Shown in pieces: positions 19,187-28,928 of a stretch of DNA of 64,000 bases (positions are counted from its first letter, which is position 1; each line of letters begins with the position of its first letter). Position numbers and translations under genes: made by a program. Under the pieces are notes generated by a model. The model was not told the DNA's origin. It was given only the letters and a program-made list of their open reading frames with translations, and made no database searches. Source of the DNA: Thecamonas trahens ATCC 50062 (lineage: Eukaryota; Protista; Apusomonadida); assembly GCF_000142905.1 (NCBI RefSeq), contig NW_013657615.1, positions 124,001 to 188,000 on the forward strand. Direction: 5' to 3'.

Positions 19187-21490
19187 ATGACGGACATGCT
19201 GCGGCCATACCTCTTTGCCTCTGCGGCAGGAGTAGGGTACCTTGCCTGGGAACTGGGCCCTGTTCTGGTGGCCACCACCTCGGCCATGACGTCGTCGTCG
19301 TTGTCGTCGGTGACTGCCACAGCAGCGGCTGCCTCGTCAGGGATGGGAGGGAGTGCAAGTGGTACCAGCATGATTGGTGTGATCATTTCTGCTGTCGTCG
19401 GCTTTGCCTTTTCCTCGGCCACCAATCTCATGATCTCTCTCAATACCATCATTCTCGCCATGGTTGTCTCCTCGTTGATCCTGGCTCGCTTGGTCTTTGG
19501 CACTGTCTCGGGTGCAGAGCATGCCAGAGCCATGGATTATCTGTGGAACTTTATCGTGGCAAAGATCATCATGGTCGCCGCTGTTGCAGTGGTCGATGCC
19601 AAGGAACTCGCCGCCTGGTTGGTCTGGTTCTCTCTCCTGGCAAGCATGCGCGTCTTTGCTGTCCTCGCCAAGGAGCGCTACGGCGTCATGGCCGCTCGCG
19701 GCGCCTCCTCTGCCCAGCATTCAAAGCTCATCGCTCTCCTGCTCACCATGGTTGTGGCCGCTACAGGCCTCCTGCTTGTTGCCCGCGCTGTGCTGGAGCC
19801 TGAGGGCATCGGATTTGTTATTCTGTTTACCTTTGAGTGCGTGGCTGTGGTCATCGCTTCCTCGCAGACGCTCCTCAAGTACGCGGTCGATCTGTACGCC
19901 TCGTCGCAGCCGCCCGGCTGGGAGCTCCGCGACCACTACGTGTACCTGGTCGAGTACGGCACCGACGTGTCGCTCCTTGGTCTCACTCTCCTCCATTATG
20001 TCCACATTCTCATTATCGACGGCTTTTCGTTCTCCATCGTCGACTTTATCATCCTCTACTCGCTCCGCTCGGTGTGGACCCGGCTGCGAGCCACCCGCGA
20101 CCGCTACGCTGCCTATCGCGACGCCTCGCACCGGCTCAACCAGCTCATTCCCGACGCCACTCCGGCCGAGCTGGCCGAGACCGACGACGTCTGCGCCATC
20201 TGCCGCGACGCCATGACCTCGGCCAAAAAGCTTCCCTGCGGCCACCTCATGCACTTTGCCTGCCTCCGCCGCTGGCTGCAGGAGAACCCGACGTGCCCTA
20301 CGTGCCGTCGACCCATCGGCGGCAACGACAACGGTGCGGCCGGTGGCGGTGGTGGTGGCGGCGGCGGTGGTGGTGGTGGTGGCGGCGGCGGTGGCGCGCC
20401 GCCTCAGCCGCACAACCATGGCCACACTCACACCCATACCCACGGCCACGTTCACGGTCATGGCCACGGCCACGGCCCGCCGCCGCCACCCTCGGGCGCT
20501 GCGGCGCACACCCACACCCACGGCCCTGGCGTTCAGCACACTCGCCGGACACTTGGCGGAGGCTGGCTGCCGAGCATCTCCATCGACACGGTGACGACCG
20601 CTCACGGTGGGACGTACACCATGGGGCTCGGCGGAGGGGCCAATCTGGCCAACGTGGTCAACACCATGTTTGGCGGCGGCGCGCCACCGCCATCTGCCGG
20701 CGGGGCTGCGGCACCTCCTCCGCCGTCTTCGCCTGCCGCGCGTGAGCTCGACGCCCTCGTCGCCCGCGTCATTGAGATTTGCCCACAGGCTGACCCAGAT
20801 GCTGTTCGCGAGGACCTGCTCGTCACCCGCTCGGTCGAGATTACCATCGAAAACGTGCTCTCGGGCGTTGTGCGCGCTCGTGCGCCGACTCCCCCACAGA
20901 CTGCTACGCCTGCGCCTGCGCCTGCGCCCGTACCTGCGCCGCCCCCCTCATCCGCGCCGCAGGCATCATCGGCGTCACGGCCTGTTGGCACCTCGGCGCG
21001 GTCATCGCCACCGCCGCTTCCCGACCTGCCGCTGGCATCTCAGGCGCCATCTGGCTCGGGAGCATCGGCCTTTGAGGCCCGCGCGCAGTTCCTTCGCGAG
21101 ACGGCTCGTGCGCTTTATCTCCGGCGACTGCACCGCGAGTCGGACTTTGACGTTGCCGACACAGCAACGACGACGACAACGACCACTACAACAACATCGA
21201 CGACGACGACGACAGCACAGGCGCCAAGCCCGGATGCGTCGCGCGCGATAGCGCCACCTGTGGACCCAGCGGGATCTCCGCCGGCCCGCCCGACCATCGA
21301 CCTCCCGCCCAATTACGACGAGGCGACACTGGCAGGCCCGGCATCCCCGGCATCCCCGGCATCCCCGGCATCCCCGCTCTCTGGCGACGGGTCGGACGCA
21401 CCAACCCGGTCCGAGCTCCGGAGTCGGATGTTGCAGGCCGCACTTGCGCGGCACTCGCCGACCGGGGCCTCGTCAGGCTCATCTCCGTAG
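19187..21490 (+). CDS. AMFR: gp78/AMFR-type ERAD E3 ligase (TM + RING-H2 + CUE + G2BR-like + VIM-like)
   Basis: CAICRDAMTSAKKLPCGHLMHFACLRRWLQENPTCPTCR (RING-H2); EICPQADPDAVREDLLVTRSVEITIENVL (CUE); RSRMLQAALAR (VIM-like). Confidence 0.88.
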   Translation: MTDMLRPYLFASAAGVGYLAWELGPVLVATTSAMTSSSLSSVTATAAAASSGMGGSASGTSMIGVIISAVVGFAFSSATNLMISLNTIILAMVVSSLILARLVFGTVSGAEHARAMDYLWNFIVAKIIMVAAVAVVDAKELAAWLVWFSLLASMRVFAVLAKERYGVMAARGASSAQHSKLIALLLTMVVAATGLLLVARAVLEPEGIGFVILFTFECVAVVIASSQTLLKYAVDLYASSQPPGWELRDHYVYLVEYGTDVSLLGLTLLHYVHILIIDGFSFSIVDFIILYSLRSVWTRLRATRDRYAAYRDASHRLNQLIPDATPAELAETDDVCAICRDAMTSAKKLPCGHLMHFACLRRWLQENPTCPTCRRPIGGNDNGAAGGGGGGGGGGGGGGGGGGAPPQPHNHGHTHTHTHGHVHGHGHGHGPPPPPSGAAAHTHTHGPGVQHTRRTLGGGWLPSISIDTVTTAHGGTYTMGLGGGANLANVVNTMFGGGAPPPSAGGAAAPPPPSSPAARELDALVARVIEICPQADPDAVREDLLVTRSVEITIENVLSGVVRARAPTPPQTATPAPAPAPVPAPPPSSAPQASSASRPVGTSARSSPPPLPDLPLASQAPSGSGASAFEARAQFLRETARALYLRRLHRESDFDVADTATTTTTTTTTTSTTTTTAQAPSPDASRAIAPPVDPAGSPPARPTIDLPPNYDEATLAGPASPASPASPASPLSGDGSDAPTRSELRSRMLQAALARHSPTGASSGSSP

Positions 21491-21500
21491 TTTGCATCGA

Positions 21501-23204
21501 CTACGTCCACCCACACGCAACGACGACGTCGGCAGCGGCGTCGTCTATCTCGTCCACGAACGCATCGAGCGAGCCGACCTCGGTTAGGCCGGCCGAGTCG
21601 AGGCGCAGAATGCGGGAGAGCTCGAGGGCGCGGAGAAAAGCAAGCGAGTGCGAAACGACGACAACAGTGCCGGCAAACTCGTTGAGGGTGGCAATGACCT
21701 CGTCTACCGCCTCCTCGTCGAGATGGTTCGTTGGCTCGTCGAGAATGAGCGTGTTGACCTTGCGCATGGAGAAGCTCGCCAGCAGCGCGCGGACACGGGC
21801 GCCCGGATTCAGCTCACCGATGGGGCAGTCGACCTGTCGGCGAGTCAGCCCGTACCGCAGCAGCCGAGCGCCTGTCCGGGTCCGCGGCTCGCCGGTCAGA
21901 TCCATAAAGTGTGCTCGGGGAGAGACGTGGCGCGGCAGGCTCTCGTGCTCCTGGGTCAAGTTGCCGATGCACAGCTCGCGGCCGATGACTGCGCGGCCTT
22001 CCACTGGCGGCTGAGTCTTGATTAGCGTCCGCAGCAGGGTCGACTTGCCGACACCATTGAAGCCGACGAGGGCGACTCGCTCGCCAAAGTCCACCCGAAG
22101 CGAGAGCGGAGGCAGCGGTAGCCGGGCGTCGCCGTAGCCGATGACGGCCTCCTCGAGCATGAGCGACGAGTCAAAACCGGCGCCCAGCGGCTCGATGTCG
22201 ATGGAGAGCGGTGAGCGGAGGACAAGTTTGTCGAGTTTGCCCCCGCCGTCGCGGAGCTTCTCGACAGCCTTGGCCTTGCGACCGGATCGGCCGGCGCGAT
22301 CGCGCTTAAAGTCGCGCTGCAGCTTGTCCTTGTCCTTGCCGGCAAACCGCTGTCCCGACGCGGCAGCCTGCTTCAGCTTGTCGGCAGCGGCGGTGAGCTT
22401 CTTGTGGCGCTTCTCCTGCGCTTCAAAGGCGGCGATGTGCTGCTCGCGAGCCAGGTCCTCGGCGCGGCGAAAGTCCGAGTAGGAGGCGCCCGAGACGGCC
22501 AAGCTGCCCGAGTCAGCATCGACGGCCCACACGTGGTCGCAGACGGCATCGAGAAAGGCGGCGTCGTGCGAGACGACAAGCACGGTCTTGCCGCTCGCTA
22601 CCAGTGCCTTTTGCAGCCACATGATGCTCGGCAGGTCAAGATGGTTGGTTGGCTCGTCAAGGATGAGCAGCTGGATGCCGTACCGGTAGATGGCGATGGC
22701 GAGGTAGGCCCGCATGGCGCAGCCTGGCGAGAGCTCTGCGATGGGAGTCTCATCGTAGCCGGCCGTCCGCCACTCGAGCACCTCGTGCGCGGCGACGCAG
22801 ACCCGGCGCCAGCCATCAGCATCGTCCAGCGCTGTCTCGCTTCCCTCGGCCGCCGCCCACTCGATGGCATCGGCCACAGGCAGGGCCACCAGATCAGCCT
22901 CGTCGCCGGCACCAAGCAGCGTCCGCCACTGCAGCGCATCCTGCTCCACCAGCACAGCCGATCCAGCCGCGCACTGTCCGCCATCGATGGTTCCGGCGCC
23001 GATGACGTAGTACGGCGGTGCCTCGGGCTCACACGGGACGCCAGCAACCGCCGCGGCCACCGCTCGCAGCAGCGTCGACTTGCCGCACCCGTTGCGACCG
23101 ACTAGCGCCACTCGCTGGCCACTCGCCGCATGGGCCGATACCGAGTCTAACAGAACACTCGAGCCAACAGAGAGCGAGAGGTTCTCAATGGTCAGATGCG
23201 CCAT
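21501..23204 (-). CDS. ABC-F ATPase (two NBDs, no TM), bacterial-like
   Basis: GRNGCGKST / LSPG / LILDEPTNHLD / VSHD and GFNGVGKST / LNPG / LILDEPTNHLD / VSH. Alternative start at 23252. The ORF-track N-terminal extension looks spurious. Confidence 0.88.
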   Translation of the reverse strand: MAHLTIENLSLSVGSSVLLDSVSAHAASGQRVALVGRNGCGKSTLLRAVAAAVAGVPCEPEAPPYYVIGAGTIDGGQCAAGSAVLVEQDALQWRTLLGAGDEADLVALPVADAIEWAAAEGSETALDDADGWRRVCVAAHEVLEWRTAGYDETPIAELSPGCAMRAYLAIAIYRYGIQLLILDEPTNHLDLPSIMWLQKALVASGKTVLVVSHDAAFLDAVCDHVWAVDADSGSLAVSGASYSDFRRAEDLAREQHIAAFEAQEKRHKKLTAAADKLKQAAASGQRFAGKDKDKLQRDFKRDRAGRSGRKAKAVEKLRDGGGKLDKLVLRSPLSIDIEPLGAGFDSSLMLEEAVIGYGDARLPLPPLSLRVDFGERVALVGFNGVGKSTLLRTLIKTQPPVEGRAVIGRELCIGNLTQEHESLPRHVSPRAHFMDLTGEPRTRTGARLLRYGLTRRQVDCPIGELNPGARVRALLASFSMRKVNTLILDEPTNHLDEEAVDEVIATLNEFAGTVVVVSHSLAFLRALELSRILRLDSAGLTEVGSLDAFVDEIDDAAADVVVACGWT

Positions 23205-23374
23205 GGGCGTCGTAGATAAGTCTGGGATGGGCTGAGTCGGTCGCGGTGACATGGCCTCGGTCGTCGTCGTTTTTGGCACGGTCTCGTCGCCGCCACAGCC
23301 GAGCCAGACGAGCCTACGGTCGAGCCGATCCGAACCTAGCACATCATAGTCTGAGAGCGGAATCATGTGGACAT

Positions 23375-23472
23375 ATGATGATGATGATGATGACCATGAC
23401 CATGATGACCATGACCATGATGATGGGAGTGATGATGATGACCATGACCATGACCATGACGATAATGATGAT
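23375..23472. repeat. GAT/GAC/CAT trinucleotide-type low-complexity tract
   Basis: (GAT)n and (GACCAT)n runs between divergent genes. Confidence 0.85.
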
Positions 23473-23802
23473 TGTGGCTTGTCGCTGCCGTCATGGTCAC
23501 AAGACGTTGGCAGGCGTGCGGGCAAGGTTGATGATGGCATTCCCAATAGCGCCGGTTGCTGATGCTGCGATACTGCAGTGGCGATACCATTCCGCATGCA
23601 ATGCCCTCTTGCGTAGACTCCCCATCTGCTGCAGGTGGCCACCACGTGAATGATCATGAAGGCAGTCCAAGTGCCCAAAAAAAAAGAAAGTGGAATGGCG
23701 GCGTTGAGGTCAGCGCCGCTGATGTGTTGAGGCAAGTCGGAAGGCGAGGTAGGGGGCGCGAGTGGCATACCCGTCTCGAGCGCGACAGGAGAGGGAGAGC
23801 AG

Positions 23803-25439
23803 ATGCAACGACGCCTGGCTATGGCGGTGGCTGTGGCGCTGGTGGTGCTGGTGGGCGTGGTGGGCATGGCGGGCGTGGCGAGGGCCGCCGAGTCGGTTGC
23901 GCAGGCGCAGAATGACCGACGAGGCGATGACGGGAGGGCAGCGGCGAGTGGCGGTGCGGTGGATGCGTTCAATCTGCGTGATGTGGTACAGATCAAGTTT
24001 GTGGAGGGTAAGCAGACGGTTGCGGCTCGGCATCCGCCGGATGTGGAGATGCAGTGTGTGGGCGGGACGTCCGGCTGCGCCGTGGGCCTGCGTCCGACTT
24101 GGGCGCTCTGCACCAACATCGGCTTTGACGGACGCGATGTCCGCTGGGAGTGCGAGAGTGATGTGCCCGAGACTGCGACTATTGTCGATACGCTGGTCCT
24201 CTGCGAGGGCTACACCGCCGACAACGACCTGCTCTCGCTGATGGGCTCGTGCTCGCTCAAGTACATCCTCGACTCGGAGTGGACGCCGCAGCCGGTGGTG
24301 CTGTCCGAGACGGCGTCGCTCAAGCTCTCTTCTCACGCCACGGCCTCATCGCTTCACTCGCGGCGTCGCAAGCAGATGATCTACGTCGGCTCGGACGCTA
24401 CTGTCACTCCCGACGCGCTGCCGACAAGCATCGAGTGCTTCAACACCGGGTTCAACGCCGACGGCTCGATCCGCTGGCGCTGCCAGGCCGCACTCAACCC
24501 GAACCTCAACCTCGGCGCGACGCTCATCTCGTGCGAGCCGTTCCCTGGCGACGAGAGCCGAAAGATGGTCATCGACGGCTCGTGCGTCATCCAGTACGAT
24601 GTGATCAAGGAGACGTCCGACGAGGAGGCTTCGCTCCCGTTCAACTGGGAGCCGTTCACCGTCGAGGCCGGGACGTACATTGACCTCCCGCACATCACAA
24701 CCGGCCCGGTCCATATGCTTGCCTGCAACGAGCCATGCCTCCTCGACGCCGACGATCCGGCGCTCCCGGTCTCGGCCACGTGCGCGTTTAACGAGTTCCG
24801 CGAGCTGCAGTGCGAGATGACGCCCGAGCTGGCTGCGCACACACCGCCGCTGGTCGCCACCGACCTCTCGATCACCTGCGCCGGCTTTTCGGCGGCAGCG
24901 ACCCCTACAAGATCCCCGGCTCGTGCTGCGTCAACTACACGCTCGTGACGCTCGCCCATCACGAGGCTGCGACCGCCGCCGCCGCCGCTGCTGCCGCCAA
25001 CGCAGCGCAGCTCGAGGCCGTCACTGTCTTGCTCCTTCCACCGGAGGAGCGCCAGCCGGTCTCAGACACGGCCTCGTTTGTCGCCGACGATGTTGACGCC
25101 GACGAAGATGGCGAATACGCTGAGCTTGCCGAGCCCGAGCCTTTTGATCCGATGCAGTCGCCGGTAGTTCTTGCCGCCGGCGTGGTCGCCCTCGCCCTCG
25201 TCGCGTACGTCTACCTCCAGAATCCTGCTACTGGAAGCGGTGCATCTGGCTCGGCCTCGGGTGCAGCCGCCACTGCCGCTACCGCCGCCACCGCCGCCAC
25301 CACGCCGGCATCGTCCGCCTCTTCCGCTGGTCCGTCCCCAATCTCCGCCGTCGTCGTCGGGATTAAAGCCACACAACCCAGCTGTCACAGGCATTTCCAT
25401 CACCATGCATTGCTTGGCCTCTGCAGCCGACCCGATTGA
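23803..25439 (+). CDS. SARAF (TMEM66)-like protein with three tandem luminal domains; apparent 1-nt deletion near 24886-24892
   Basis: Repeat 1 LRDV...MQCVGGTSGC...CTNIGFDGRDVRWEC...LCEGY...MGSCSLKYIL matches SARAF, and two further copies follow. Repeat 3 ends DPYKIPGSCCVNYTL and the TM follows in the -1 frame. The true stop may be 25366. Confidence 0.8.
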
Positions 25440-25807
25440 CCTCTGTCGAGGCGTCCATGCCCATCCCTGCCATCTCCCACCCCTTGAACTTGCCCGATCG
25501 GAGGAGTCAAGGGCGGCGTATGATCACCACAGCGGCGGCATCGGCGCGATGGACAACGGCAATTGCCATCACACTACTAGCAATCGCCATACATCACTTG
25601 CTCCCCCCCTTGCCCCACCTGATCACCGCCTGTCGCTCGCCGGCACGGCGGTTTTGGCGCAAAACCAAGGGATCCCTCGCGAGGGACCGAGTGGGGAGGG
25701 AGGGGACGGGCGAGGGTGGCTAAGGGACGATACTCGACTCGCAGAGGTGCGGAATTTTGCAGGGAGGTAGTCAAGGACACGAGCAGGTAGTGGGTCAAGT
25801 TTGAGGC

Positions 25808-26599
25808 ATGAGCAGAAAGGGAGCAAGCGGGTACACGGTGCCCATTCCCGACTCCATCATCCGGCTGGTCGACGACGGCCTGCTCTCCTGGGACTCGATC
25901 GAGGACGCCCTGACGTCAACCTTCCAAGCTCTGGCTGACGCTTCATGGGCACGTGCCCTTCTCTCGCGACATGTCGAGCTCCTTGCCTCGCTTGCTGCAC
26001 ACATCCCGGCTTCCGCTCGCTCTGCGCGCCCTGCTGCCCCGGGCGACGATGCGGCTCCAGCCGATGCGAGTGCCATCATCGACGGCCTCGTCGCCATCTG
26101 GCTCGAGCACGCTGCGAGACTTGATGCTCTGCCGCGGACAGACATGGCGCTGCTGGTGGCCGAGGTGGTGGGCCTGGCGGCCGCCGCGGCGCGGACTGCT
26201 CCGCTGCACGATGACGTCTCACCAAACGACTGGGCCCGCCATGTGGGCATCCTCGTCCATGCGCTAATGGACATTCTGTTTGATGGTGCGGTCTCGCTTG
26301 TCGGGCCTGGGCCTGGCGCTGAGGCGCCCGATGGTGCCCTCCCGCCGCTTGTGACTCACGGTATCGTCTCGTCGGTCTCCCGCGGCGATGGCGTCGCCCC
26401 GTGTCTCGTTGCCATTGGACCCGGCGAGTCGCACGCTGCTGCCGCCGCTCTCGTCGACGCCCTTGCTGCTGTATCGCCTTCGCTATCCGATAGTTATGTC
26501 GATGCGCCCATCCTCGCCTTTGCTGTCTCTGCCACCGGCGCCATCGCCGGTTCGGCCCCGCTCCCAGCTGACCAGGAGCCGTCGTCAACAAACGCATAG
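25808..26599 (+). CDS. Hypothetical protein (263 aa)
   Basis: ATG-started ORF with codon usage like its neighbours; no motif recognised. Confidence 0.55.
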   Translation: MSRKGASGYTVPIPDSIIRLVDDGLLSWDSIEDALTSTFQALADASWARALLSRHVELLASLAAHIPASARSARPAAPGDDAAPADASAIIDGLVAIWLEHAARLDALPRTDMALLVAEVVGLAAAAARTAPLHDDVSPNDWARHVGILVHALMDILFDGAVSLVGPGPGAEAPDGALPPLVTHGIVSSVSRGDGVAPCLVAIGPGESHAAAAALVDALAAVSPSLSDSYVDAPILAFAVSATGAIAGSAPLPADQEPSSTNA

Positions 26600-26838
26600 C
26601 CTCACCGCTCGCCTCACCTCGACGTCTCAACACATGAGACGCCCCTCCCCCGAGCAGAACTACCCGATCGAATGGCCCATCCACGCCGCCGATTCCCTCG
26701 CGCTGCGCTTATCGGTCCCACTGCAGCAAACTCTTCTCTGCTCGGCGTTGAGAAGCGTTTCGAACTTTGTCGAACCTTCGATTTCTGTCTTTTTCTTCCC
26801 AACTTGTTCACGCAGCGATGCACCCGCAGCACGCAGGT

Positions 26839-27876
26839 ATGACGACGATGACGCCGCTTGGACGCAGAGAGATGCCTGGCGAAGAAGTGTGGTTGGATGA
26901 GGCAGTTGCGTCGGCGGGTGAGGGCCTGGCGCAGTTTGAGCTCTCGCTTGAGGAGATGTACGCCGGTGCCGGCTCGGGCGGATGCGCCGAGGTGAGCACG
27001 AGCATGACGGGCGGCCTGCGGGTCCGCTCTCGTTCGCCTTCGCGGCTTGCGACGATTTGACGTGCTTTGATTGAGGGCCAGCCCCCGATTGAGTACAAGG
27101 CGTCGTCGAGCCTCGAGGCGATGCTGCTGACACCGCGGATCGGTGCGGCGTCGGGAGCCGAGTTGGGCGAAGGGCCGAGCGAGGAGGCCCGTATCCGACG
27201 GCTGGCCTTTCCGCGACGACTGCATGCGGTGGCGTGTTCGCCGATGTGGCCGGCTGTCTGCTTTGCCGCCGATGGCCAGGCACTGGCTGTGGCTACCGAC
27301 GGCAACTTTGGCCCGCTCACCTCGCGATCGGCGCTCGTCCGGCGGCTCTCCGACTACGGCTTCCGCAAGCAGCGCGGCGTGGACGAGTGGCGGCATCCTG
27401 CGTTCAACGCAGCGGAGCCTGACTTTGCAGCGATTGTGCGGCGCGGAGTGCGGCAAGGTTCGGCCGAGGCTGCGAGCGCAGGCGATGTGGCTGTGGCGGC
27501 CGACGCGACCGAGTGCGATGCGCTGCGACGCTCGCTGGTGGTGCTCAAGCGCAAGGGCGACGAGCTCACACGAGCGAGCGCGGCTAAGCGGGCGCGGCTG
27601 CTGCGGCTCGAGAGCGAGCAAGCTGTGCTGCGGACTACGATGAGCGCGATCCGAACGGCTGTGGCGCGGGTTGAGGCTCTGATGGCGCAGGTGGCGCCTG
27701 CTGCAAGGGTAGTGTTTGTTGGGGGGACGGCCGGGGCATCAGCGCGATCAGCCGAGGAAGTTGACGACAACAAGGTGGAGAATGACGTTGCAGAGGACAA
27801 AGTCTGCGTACGCGCGCTCGACCGAGATGGCATAGTTGTTGGACGGAGTGACCTGGATGCGGAGGCAGACCAGTAG
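26839..27876 (+). CDS. HSF-type DNA-binding domain + coiled-coil protein; probable intron 26992-27081
   Basis: FPRRLH...[13 protein letters not shown]...EWRHPAF resembles the HSF DBD, followed by a heptad region. The in-frame TGA at 27058 lies inside a phase-0 GTGAGC..CAG 90-nt intron. Start uncertain (26818, 26839 or 26872). Confidence 0.65.
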
Positions 27877-28741
27877 AATTGCCGAGCCGACGGCCGAGAA
27901 GAAGCCTGCCAAGAACGAGTTGAACGGGAAGGTGCCGACGAGCATGCAGTACACAAACTGGACCACAGCCTGTAGACACAGTATGCATCACCCCGCGCCA
28001 ACCGTGCCGACCACGCGCCGATGAGTTCGACCACGCGCCGCCGATGAGTACGACCACACATGGACCACAACCATGCCGACCACGCGCCGATGAGTACGAC
28101 CACAACCATGCCGACCACGCGCCGATGAGTACAACCACAACCATGCCGACCACGCGCCGATGAGTACAACCACAACCATGCCGACCACGCGCCGATGAGT
28201 ACGACCACAACCATGCCGACCACGCGCCGATGAGTACAACCACAACCATGCCGACCACAGCGATCACATGCATCACATCCATGCCGACCAGTACCCCCGC
28301 AGCCACAGCCAACGATTCCGCCCACTCCCGACCAACGATAAGTCCCCTTGTTGCCAATCCCTTCCATACCCCCACCCCCTTCCACCCCCACAATCCCGCA
28401 TCCCCCCCACCCCCACCTGCACCCCATGCCCTTGACCACCTCCACACCCACTCTGCGCATCCCCGTCCCCCACCCCCCACCCCCCCATACACCAGGTGGT
28501 CACAGCCAGGTTGCGCAGCGGGAAATTTTGCCTCTTCGCCGTCACCCTCTCCCTCGGCAGGAAGGGGATGGGGATGGGGATGGGGATGGGGATGGACCCC
28601 CCCCTCCCCCCCCTTCCCCCCTCATACACACACACGTACAGTCAACACAGCAGTGACAAGGAAGGCATCAATGACCTTCAGCCGCTGGGCAGTCTTCTCG
28701 TACTCCTCCACAAACTCGGTGGCAATGGCAAGCAGGCTCAT
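27748..28741 (-). CDS. DAD1: DAD1/OST2 oligosaccharyltransferase subunit; exons 28741-28640, 27969-27748
   Basis: [15 protein letters not shown]|[23 protein letters not shown]...CLRIQ...ERAYADF...[10 protein letters not shown]. Intron GTACGT..TACAG. Confidence 0.93.
28005..28258. repeat. 35-bp minisatellite inside the DAD1 intron
   Basis: CCATGCCGACCACGCGCCGATGAGTACRACCACAA at 28071, 28106, 28141, 28176 and 28211, with partial or degenerate flanking copies. Confidence 0.92.
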
Positions 28742-28928
28742 GGTGCGGCAAGCAGAGTTGGGTGGTGACCGACGTGGGGCGATGGGGGGGGGGGGGGGGG
28801 GGGTGATGCTGGTGATCTGGCTGGCGCCAATCTCTCCCTATTCTTGCATCATCTGACATCTGATGGCCATGGTGTACAGCGAGTGGCTGGAGCACATGGT
28901 GGGCGGTGCTGGTGTTTGTTTGTTGGCA

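Noticed and set aside
23253-24119. Long N-terminal extension of the ABC-F ORF
   Set aside because: It reads through a trinucleotide repeat and overlaps the SARAF-like gene on the other strand.
27058-27060. In-frame TGA as selenocysteine or readthrough
   Set aside because: It lies inside a phase-0 GT..AG 90-nt intron candidate (26992-27081), which is the simpler explanation.
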